Source: an uncultured Gammaproteobacteria bacterium (lineage in GTDB: Bacteria; Patescibacteriota; Microgenomatia; Levybacterales; UBA12049). Taken from it: 60,253 nt of DNA. The stretch spans positions 48,417-108,669 of the forward strand of contig CAZHKZ010000001.1 in NCBI GenBank assembly GCA_964533055.1, given 5' to 3'. The position numbers were made by a program, and so were the translations under genes. The notes under the pieces are model-generated. The model saw only the letters and a list, made by a program, of their open reading frames with translations. It was not told where the DNA came from and did no database searches. Shown one piece after another: positions 53,439 through 60,253 of the stretch; position 1 is the first letter of the stretch; each line of letters begins with the position of its first letter.

Positions 53439-55573
53439 TGAAAAAACAATTACTTGCACTACTTACAATATTTTCGCTAACAATAGCGCCTATCTCCCCT
53501 GTTTTTGCAGAGGAGGTATCAGCTCCTATCCCAGTTGTACAAAATAATCTTCCCTCAGCTCCTACACCTCCAACACTACCATCAGAGCCAACTCCTCCTG
53601 TAGATAATGTTAGCGCTCCTACACCTCCAGCAGGTCCAGTTCTTCAGGATGCTCCTATACCAACAATTATTTTAAGTCCACAACAGCAAGCAGAAGCTAA
53701 GAAGAAAGCGGAAGATGAGGCTGCTGCTGCCGCTCTTGTTAATGCTGGTGCGGGAAGTGGCAATGTTGGCACAACTGCAATTAACACAGGTGATGCATCA
53801 AATAACTCTGGCATTAACAATTCAGGTAACAATAATATTTCTACGACTTCTCCATGCTGTGTAGAGGGGTCTGCAACAGTAGTAAATGATGGTAACGGAG
53901 CTAATTCTAATAATAATAGTTCTGCAACTACCACAAATAACAATAGTACGGGTCAAGCAAATAGTGCAGTCCTAGCAAACAACATGGATAGTGCTACTGT
54001 TACGGGCACTAATGACACTTCGTTTAATGTTGGTGATTCTAGTATCAATACGGGTGATGCTAATACTACTGGAACAATTGTAAATACCATTAACTCAAAT
54101 ACTGCAGGAGTTACTATGTCAGAGTTCAATATTGTAGATGATCACATCGGTGATTATGTTCTCGACTTTGGTGCCAACTGTGTCCAGGGTTGTAATGGAT
54201 CAAGTGTTGGTAACACTGGTAACGGTGCTAACTCCAATAACAACGCATCAAATAGTACGACTAACAACAATTCAACAGATCAAACAAACAGTGCTGAGCT
54301 TGCAAACAACATGACTCTTGGTGCTAACTCCGGAAGTAACAATGCAAATTTCAATACAGGTGGGGATTCAAATATCACAACTGGAAATGCAAATGTTGCA
54401 GCGAATATTCTCAACTTTGTGAACAACAATCTCGCAGGAAATGTCATTATCGGAGTTGTAAATATCTTTGGCAATCTCGTTGGTGACATCATCCTTCCTG
54501 ATCATCCAGAAGGTTCTCTTGCTAACTGCACAAGTTGTGGAAGTAATGGTAGTGCAGTTAATTCTGGCAACGGAGCTGGTTCTAACAACAATGCATCTAA
54601 CAACTCAACCAATAATAATAGTTCTAATCAGGCAAATAATGCAGTCATTGATAATAATCTTAATTTTGATGCTAATACTGGTAATAATAATGCAGGCTTT
54701 AACACAGGCGGAGATTCTTCAGTTACAACTGGTTCGACAGAAGTTAATGCAGGCGTTCTCACAATTGCCAACAATAATATCAATGGTGGCGACTGGTGGC
54801 TCGTTATCGTTAATAGAGCAGGCCAGTGGATTGGGAAGATCGTAGGTTCTCCAGATGGCGCTACTATGGCGGGTTCTGAAGGCACAGAATTTGTGATGGA
54901 TGAAAATGGTAATGTGCTAGCAGTTAACTCGAATAATGGGGCTAACACAGATAACAATGCGTCAAATAGCACAACAAACAATAATTCTACCAACCAGTCA
55001 AATGACGCACACATCACTAACAACGTAAATCTATCTGCGAATACTGGTAATAATGATACAAAGTTCAATACAGGTGGGGATTCAAATATCACAACTGGAG
55101 ATGCAAAGATCATCGCAAATATCATCAACTTTGTTAACAATAATGTGACAGGTAATGGTAAGCTTGTCGTCACCTTCGTCAATGTGTTTGGTTCATGGGT
55201 TGGAGACTTTGTAGCACCAGGTCAAGCTAAACAGACACACGCTATCTCAAACTCAAATCAGCAGCAAAGTAACTCACAACAGAATACGTCTACAACTCAA
55301 AATTCAGGAGGTTCAACAGCAGTAAAGGCTGGTTCCTCAACCCAAACTGATACATTGACACAGAAAAATAACTCTGGTAATCTGATCGCAGGAGCAATTC
55401 AGAGCGCTAAAACTGTTGAAACTCTTGTAAAGGGTGTTCACACTAACGACTCATCCATCCAGTCAGGTTCGTCAGCAATCAAGCTCAATCTCGCATGGCT
55501 TGTGATGATTGTTCCACTTATCGGTCTTATACTTATATTCAGAAAAATTCGCTCAAGTATGAGAACAATCTAA
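53438..55573 (+). CDS. secreted repeat protein B (Pro-rich stalk, 4 extended modules, C-terminal TM anchor)
   Basis: Signal peptide ...SPVFA. Modules each start GNGANSNNN...NNNST.Q.N.A...ANTGNN.A.FNTGGDS..TTG.A. C-terminal LAWLVMIVPLIGLILIFRKIR. Confidence 0.88.
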   Translation: MKKQLLALLTIFSLTIAPISPVFAEEVSAPIPVVQNNLPSAPTPPTLPSEPTPPVDNVSAPTPPAGPVLQDAPIPTIILSPQQQAEAKKKAEDEAAAAALVNAGAGSGNVGTTAINTGDASNNSGINNSGNNNISTTSPCCVEGSATVVNDGNGANSNNNSSATTTNNNSTGQANSAVLANNMDSATVTGTNDTSFNVGDSSINTGDANTTGTIVNTINSNTAGVTMSEFNIVDDHIGDYVLDFGANCVQGCNGSSVGNTGNGANSNNNASNSTTNNNSTDQTNSAELANNMTLGANSGSNNANFNTGGDSNITTGNANVAANILNFVNNNLAGNVIIGVVNIFGNLVGDIILPDHPEGSLANCTSCGSNGSAVNSGNGAGSNNNASNNSTNNNSSNQANNAVIDNNLNFDANTGNNNAGFNTGGDSSVTTGSTEVNAGVLTIANNNINGGDWWLVIVNRAGQWIGKIVGSPDGATMAGSEGTEFVMDENGNVLAVNSNNGANTDNNASNSTTNNNSTNQSNDAHITNNVNLSANTGNNDTKFNTGGDSNITTGDAKIIANIINFVNNNVTGNGKLVVTFVNVFGSWVGDFVAPGQAKQTHAISNSNQQQSNSQQNTSTTQNSGGSTAVKAGSSTQTDTLTQKNNSGNLIAGAIQSAKTVETLVKGVHTNDSSIQSGSSAIKLNLAWLVMIVPLIGLILIFRKIRSSMRTI

Positions 55574-55583
55574 AGGTCGCTTT

Positions 55584-55630
55584 CTGTCCACAAAGTACCT
55601 CTGTCCAATATCTGCTGCCCGCTCTGTCCA
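55584..55630 (+). promoter_or_regulatory. three direct copies of CTGTCCA upstream of repeat protein C (candidate regulator sites)
   Basis: Copies at 55584, 55601 and 55624. The last two share CTCTGTCCA. Confidence 0.35.
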
Positions 55631-55643
55631 CCAATATAAAGTT

Positions 55644-56756
55644 ATGTTACACAAAAATATTATTATTACGTTAGTCTCTGTTGCTATTTTGCCAATTGCC
55701 ACTCATGTTGCTTATGCGGAAGAGTTCGTTATAACTGGCAATGGAGCAGGGTCATCCAATACTGTTGAAGTTTCTAGTGCAACTTCTAATAACGTGTCTC
55801 AGTCAAATGATGCAGCAGTTACAAACAATCTCACAACAACTTCCAATACTGGAAATAATCAGGCAAATAGTAATTCCGGTAATGTAGCAGTTCAGACAGG
55901 AAATACTCAGACAGCAACTGAAGTTGCAAATAACCTTAATAATTCTGTCGTTGACTCGACGACTTGCTGCAATACTGCAGGTGGTTCTATCACCGTTTCA
56001 GGAAATGGTGCAGACAGTACAACTTCAGTTGGATATACGTCTTCAACAAATAATGTAACTAATGTTCACCAGACTGCGACAATTAATAACGTTATCACTG
56101 GAACAGCAAACACTGGCGGCAATAAGGCGAATAATAATCTAGGAAATGTAAATATCTTTACAGGCAATATCAAGGTAAATGAAAAGGTAAAAACAAATGT
56201 AAATGAATCAATTGTAAAAGTGGCAACCGGCGGAACTAATGTATTTGATATTAAAGTAGCTGGAAATGGAGCTGGAAGCATCAATCTAATTTCGCTTACG
56301 AATAACTCTGAAAATGTCGTAAATGTTGAAAATAATGCAGATATTTTCAATCAGAGTGTCTGGAATCTTATTACTGGAAATAATGAAGCAAATGGCAATA
56401 ATGGTGATGTTACTATTAAGACAGGAGACATAGAAGTTACTGTATCTATTGAAAATAATGCAAATCATAGTGAAGTAATTGTTGACTGCGGCTGCACGCC
56501 AACCCCTCCCCCACCCCCTGCATGCACTGGTGATCACTGTAATCCAAATCCTCCATCAAATAATGGTGGCGGCGGTTCAAATGGTGGTGGAAGTAGTTCT
56601 GGTGGCTCATCAAGCCCATCAAATACACCTGCGAAAAATGTACTTCCTGTTACAGGCACACCTTGGATGATCCTTTTACTGCTTGGAAATGTATTGCTAC
56701 TCCTCTTTGGTATGGTGTTAAGACTGAGATCCGGTAATTCGCCATCAAGAGCGTAG
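55644..56756 (+). CDS. LPXTG-anchored repeat protein C (3 modules)
   Basis: Signal peptide ...THVAYA. Three modules. C-terminal sorting signal LPVTG + hydrophobic helix + RLRSGNSPSRA. Confidence 0.9.
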   Translation: MLHKNIIITLVSVAILPIATHVAYAEEFVITGNGAGSSNTVEVSSATSNNVSQSNDAAVTNNLTTTSNTGNNQANSNSGNVAVQTGNTQTATEVANNLNNSVVDSTTCCNTAGGSITVSGNGADSTTSVGYTSSTNNVTNVHQTATINNVITGTANTGGNKANNNLGNVNIFTGNIKVNEKVKTNVNESIVKVATGGTNVFDIKVAGNGAGSINLISLTNNSENVVNVENNADIFNQSVWNLITGNNEANGNNGDVTIKTGDIEVTVSIENNANHSEVIVDCGCTPTPPPPPACTGDHCNPNPPSNNGGGGSNGGGSSSGGSSSPSNTPAKNVLPVTGTPWMILLLLGNVLLLLFGMVLRLRSGNSPSRA

Positions 56757-56773
56757 TCGGGATATATCTTAAA

Positions 56774-56798
56774 AGACAGGTGCGAGCCTGTCTTTTTT
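56774..56798 (+). terminator. intrinsic terminator between protein C and the sortase gene
   Basis: AGACAGG-TGCGAG-CCTGTCT followed by TTTTT. Confidence 0.8.
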
Positions 56799-56831
56799 GC
56801 ATTTATAAATCTGAGACGCTACAATACCCAC

Positions 56832-57395
56832 ATGAAAAAACCACCAATATATTATTTAGGAACTTCGCTTATTATCATCTCATTAATGATCTTTGCCTAT
56901 ATTTTCTATCCTCTTGTTAGAGCATATTATTTTCCACCAAGTCTTACTGATTTTAAGAGGGCTGAGTATACGCTCATAATTCCAAAGATTCATGCGATTG
57001 GTAGAGTTATTGAGGATGTCGATCCATGGAATGAGTCGGTCTATAGGGATCTTTTGAAAATAGGTATTGGGCAAGCAAAAGGATTTGCTCACCCAGATGA
57101 ATCAGGGCCAGTATTTCTCTTTGCTCACTCCAGTGGTACTCCATGGGAGATCACGCATTATAATACCGTTTTTCTGAGACTTGCAGAGCTTAAAAAAAAT
57201 GATGATGTTCAGATCTGGTATAAAGGAAAAGAATACCACTATACCGTGATGCGGACTCAGGAGGTCTACCCTACTGAGGTAAATGTCGTGCGAGATGAAA
57301 AAGAGGCTGATCTTATACTTCAAACATGTACACCACTTGGAACTGATTGGAAGAGACTTTTAGTATTCGCGAAGAAGATCAAAGCTAAGGAATAA
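56832..57395 (+). CDS. sortase (transpeptidase)
   Basis: N-terminal TM segment, LFAHS His, LILQTCTP (TLxTC) Cys, downstream Arg (WKRLLVFA). TACAAT lies 6 nt before the ATG. Confidence 0.88.
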   Translation: MKKPPIYYLGTSLIIISLMIFAYIFYPLVRAYYFPPSLTDFKRAEYTLIIPKIHAIGRVIEDVDPWNESVYRDLLKIGIGQAKGFAHPDESGPVFLFAHSSGTPWEITHYNTVFLRLAELKKNDDVQIWYKGKEYHYTVMRTQEVYPTEVNVVRDEKEADLILQTCTPLGTDWKRLLVFAKKIKAKE

Positions 57396-57546
57396 TATAC
57401 CACTGAAGACTGTAGACGAGCACCAGAACAACGATTGCTAGAACGAGAAGTGAAAGGTACCCAACCATATTATGAACAGGAGCATGGAGCTGTTTGTGGA
57501 CTCTCTGAACTTTTCCTGTACTTGATGATTTCTTGCGGGCAGCCAT
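57385..57546 (-). CDS. candidate 53-aa single-TM micro-protein (below ORF-track cutoff)
   Basis: My translation gives MAARKKSSSTGKVQRVHKQLHAPVHNMVGYLSLLVLAIVVLVLVYSLQWYIIP. Preceded on the minus strand by TTGACA-17 nt-CAATAT-6 nt-ATG (57553-57581). Its 3' end overlaps the sortase gene by 11 nt. Confidence 0.5.
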   Translation of the reverse strand: MAARKKSSSTGKVQRVHKQLHAPVHNMVGYLSLLVLAIVVLVLVYSLQWYIIP

Positions 57547-57606
57547 ATATCTATATTGGACGGTTCAATCAGGTGTGTCAATAGGAAAAAAAGAAGAACA
57601 GATATT

Positions 57607-58056
57607 TTAGAAGAGTTTTAAGATCGACTCTACTAAGGTTACAATCATTGAAATAGGAGTAAGCGGTATCTTCGTCGCCTGTGGCTTACTCACATTATGA
57701 TCTTCGGGGGTGGGAGATGTTTTGGAGCTTGGTGATCCTGTTGGAGATGGAGTAACCGTTCCACTCGCGCCAGCTGAGTGAGATTCTGAGCCCGATTGAA
57801 CGCTTGTGCCACTTCCATCAATCTTAACGCTGGACTTACCATCTTCAGACCTCCAATCAACTGATTCATTGCCACTAGTATTGAATTCCTTGATTACTCC
57901 ATCTGTCTCAATGCGTACGTGGGATTCGCTCGTGGTAGAAGATTCTCCGTTCGAACTGGTATTACTGTTAATGGTGACTGAGGATGTGCTGGCGTAAGTA
58001 ACTTTGGCCATAGTAAGGAGAAGTAAGGCTAGTAATGAAAGATGGGCATATCTCAT
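57607..58056 (-). CDS. secreted Ser/Thr-rich protein E (149 aa) with a hydrophobic C-terminus
   Basis: Signal peptide ...KVTYA. S/T/G-rich body. TTGATT-16 nt-TACAAT promoter 9 nt before the ATG. Confidence 0.7.
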   Translation of the reverse strand: MRYAHLSLLALLLLTMAKVTYASTSSVTINSNTSSNGESSTTSESHVRIETDGVIKEFNTSGNESVDWRSEDGKSSVKIDGSGTSVQSGSESHSAGASGTVTPSPTGSPSSKTSPTPEDHNVSKPQATKIPLTPISMIVTLVESILKLF

Positions 58057-58099
58057 AACCTACTGATTGTACAACTTTGAAGATAAAAATCAAGTCCAA

Positions 58100-58139
58100 C
58101 AAAAACCCTGCTTGGATGCTTAAGTCATCCTCACAGGGT
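58100..58139 (-). terminator. compound hairpin terminator after repeat protein D
   Basis: Minus strand ACCCTG..GGATG-ACTTAA-GCATCC..CAGGGT followed by TTTTTG. Confidence 0.65.
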
Positions 58140-58167
58140 CTTGTCTAATCTATAGATTTAGTACTCT

Positions 58168-58761
58168 TTAAAGAGTATTTGTACCACCACCAACAACTAC
58201 TGTAGTAGTTGAGGTTGTATCTCCAGTTGTAGTAGTGCCACCACCACCTACATTGAATCCGGACATATTCATGCCAGTGTTCTGAGCTGTTCCGACACTA
58301 GTCATCACAGTTTGATTGTTAGTCTGTGTGACTTTTGTCTTGGAAAGATTCATAACACTTACACCGTTCCATGAGAGTGCTCCATTACCATGGATTGATA
58401 CATCAGTGTTACCTGATTGACAGCCACATGAAGGTACAGTAGCAGTATTACTGCCACCACTTACTCCCACAGATACAGTTGAAGTTGTATTACCAGTATT
58501 AATGGTACTACCACCTCCAACATTGTATCCAGATGAGTTACCACCTGTATTTTGTTGAGTTGATACATTTGTAACTACAGTAGAGTTGTTTGATTGAGAC
58601 ACCTTTGTTTTTGATGCACTCACTACGGAAACGCCATTTTGTGAAAGCGCACCGTTATTTTTGATAGTTACAGTTGTAGCAGCAAATGCTGGTGCAGCAG
58701 CTCCTGCTAATACAGTTGCTGTGATCATACCAGTCGCTAATTTTGTTTTTAAGTTTGTCAT
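58168..58761 (-). CDS. secreted repeat protein D (2 modules)
   Basis: AGGAGGTG lies 6 nt before the ATG at 58761 (the ORF-track GTG at 58770 is rejected). Signal peptide MTNLKTK...APAFA, like that of protein A. Two modules joined by a CGC motif. Confidence 0.85.
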   Translation of the reverse strand: MTNLKTKLATGMITATVLAGAAAPAFAATTVTIKNNGALSQNGVSVVSASKTKVSQSNNSTVVTNVSTQQNTGGNSSGYNVGGGSTINTGNTTSTVSVGVSGGSNTATVPSCGCQSGNTDVSIHGNGALSWNGVSVMNLSKTKVTQTNNQTVMTSVGTAQNTGMNMSGFNVGGGGTTTTGDTTSTTTVVVGGGTNTL

Positions 58762-58814
58762 ATATTTCACCTCCTTTCCACACGGTCTACGATCCGGTGA
58801 ACGCTAGTTCTTTA

Positions 58815-60253
58815 CTAGAGTTCGCAAGAGTTCTTAGACTCTGCTACACAGGTGTCGCTACCAGCTCCACCATTTGTTACATCAGATCCCCCTTCTCCAT
58901 AGAGCTTGTCAGCTCCACCGTCTCCTGAGAGTAGGTCTGATCCATTTCCACCCCAGATCTGATCAGCATCAGCGCCACCGACTAGATAGTCGCTGCCGTT
59001 ATTGCCGTAGATCTTATCCATTCCCGCTTCACCGTTGATTGAATCACTAGAGTTGCCTCCAACGATTACGTCATCTCCAGCTCCACCGAGAACGACACTG
59101 CTTCCGTTACCTGGGACAATACAGTCGTCCCCACCTTTGCCATCGATGAAGTCACTTCCGTTACCTCCAAAGATCAGGTCATTTCCACTTGTACCATTGA
59201 GAGTTTCACTCTTGTTAGTACCGTTAATGACATTTGTGAATGTCATACCTGTACAAGCGAGCGGTAAGTTCGCAATTGGTGTAGGTGTAATAACTGTTGG
59301 TGTCGGAGTCACAGGAGCATCAGCAATCACTGTGATGTGATGTGGGTTTCCTGTTCCATTACTCCATGCAGACTCTGTTCCAAGACTATCCTTTGCCATC
59401 ACCCTAACATAATATTCTCCAGGTGGTGTTCCTGGGGTAGGGATATTGGAGTTTGAAAGTGTAAATCCACTATCAAACACAAGACTTGTGTAAGCAGCGT
59501 CAGAGAATGCTTCATATCTATACTGATATGAGCCATCTCCTCCTGTTGCATCAGACCAGTCAACCATTGTCGCTGCACTTGTCTGAACTACTGCGTTGTG
59601 GGCAGGAGTTAAGATTGTAGGTGCATTTACTGGAGTTGGTGTTAATGACTTAAGTGATAGATTGTCAATTAAGAATCCGTTTCCAGCAGTTGCAGGGGAA
59701 GCTGTTCCACTTGCTCGGAAGAGAATTGAATCTACTGTCCTAGTATTATTCAGTTCTTGTTCTCTAAAGTAATCTTCCCAACTGTCTCCCGTGTGTTTAA
59801 GAACTCCATCAACATAAACTTTGACAATATCATTTCCTGGTCCATCAACGAATTGCATCGTAACTTTTATGTTATGAGTCAAAGTTCTATCTAATCCTGT
59901 TGCAATGTTTGTATAGACAAAGCCAACTCCATTCCCAGTATTTGGAGCTCCAGATTGATAGTCATAGAAATTTATATCAATCCCAGTGGGAGTGTCTTTC
60001 ATTTGTATCCAGCTCATTCTTGCTCCGTCGCCTCTGGCTGGACTTGCTGTTATTGCAAGACCTGGCTGTTCAGCACTCGGAGAAGTTGATTTGAAATCCC
60101 ACGAAGCTTCGAAGAAACTTTGGCGGGCTCCTCCAGATAAGCCTGCATTTTCTGCAGTTGTCTCACCAGCCTCATTTGTTAGAGATTTAGAAAATGTTTG
60201 AGCTCCAAAACTTCCACTGGTCACAGCATTTGAAATTCTAAAGGACTGAGAGC
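58815..60253 (-). CDS. secreted protein F: jelly-roll/LamG-like domain + Ig/Fn3-like domain + ~12 RTX-type GGxGxD repeats (N-terminus outside window)
   Basis: The reading frame stays open to the window end. C-terminal GGNGSDFIDGKGGDD...GGNGSDLLSGDGGADKLYGEGGSD nonapeptide repeats. Confidence 0.85.
   Translation of the reverse strand, partial: SQSFRISNAVTSGSFGAQTFSKSLTNEAGETTAENAGLSGGARQSFFEASWDFKSTSPSAEQPGLAITASPARGDGARMSWIQMKDTPTGIDINFYDYQSGAPNTGNGVGFVYTNIATGLDRTLTHNIKVTMQFVDGPGNDIVKVYVDGVLKHTGDSWEDYFREQELNNTRTVDSILFRASGTASPATAGNGFLIDNLSLKSLTPTPVNAPTILTPAHNAVVQTSAATMVDWSDATGGDGSYQYRYEAFSDAAYTSLVFDSGFTLSNSNIPTPGTPPGEYYVRVMAKDSLGTESAWSNGTGNPHHITVIADAPVTPTPTVITPTPIANLPLACTGMTFTNVINGTNKSETLNGTSGNDLIFGGNGSDFIDGKGGDDCIVPGNGSSVVLGGAGDDVIVGGNSSDSINGEAGMDKIYGNNGSDYLVGGADADQIWGGNGSDLLSGDGGADKLYGEGGSDVTNGGAGSDTCVAESKNSCEL

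Noticed and set aside
58762-58770. The longer GTG start (MKYMTN...) for repeat protein D, and the GTG start at 52023 for protein A.
   Set aside because: Strong SD sequences (AGGAGGTG and GAGGGGGTGAT) are correctly spaced for the internal ATGs at 58761 and 52077. Both internal starts yield matching MTN(L/Y)KT signal peptides.
1-60253. Alternative genetic code (UGA recoded, as in some candidate phyla).
   Set aside because: Conserved genes terminate at the expected lengths, and TGA is used as a genuine stop (for example tig and the YezD-like gene). No in-frame TGA interrupts recognisable domains.

Overview
Low-GC (~40% by eye), densely packed bacterial window. The gene content and architecture suggest a reduced-genome Patescibacteria/CPR-type organism, which is an inference rather than a proven placement: trigger factor lacks its PPIase domain, ThrRS lacks its TGS domain, and there are many tiny membrane proteins, a lamin-tail-domain protein and a sortase. 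The left third (1-20 kb, mostly minus strand) holds the conserved thrS-infC-rpmI-rplT-pheS block, tig, housekeeping hydrolases, two paralogous SLT-like wall hydrolases, 8 tRNA genes and several short promoter-to-terminator RNA units. The middle is dominated by one 2682-aa SpvB/FG-GAP/RHS (TcB-TcC-like) polymorphic toxin gene (21.1-29.2 kb) next to a TrmB-type regulator. It is followed by transport and housekeeping genes (VIT1, cytochrome b5-like, ABC-F, GNAT, TerC, DEAD-box helicase, TspO), metK behind a reduced SAM riboswitch, and a galactofuranose-type glycan cluster (GT2, GT4, glf, 2x GT2). The right end (51.8-60.25 kb) is the most unusual part. It is a convergent, sortase-containing cluster encoding four paralogous secreted proteins built from 13 copies of an Asn/Gly/Thr-rich 'GNGA...NTGG' module that I cannot assign to a named family, plus an RTX-repeat protein. 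Many genes carry a (TG-n-)TATAAT-like box 6-9 nt before the ATG, which implies leaderless mRNAs. I found no rRNA, CRISPR array, transposase, integrase or phage genes.
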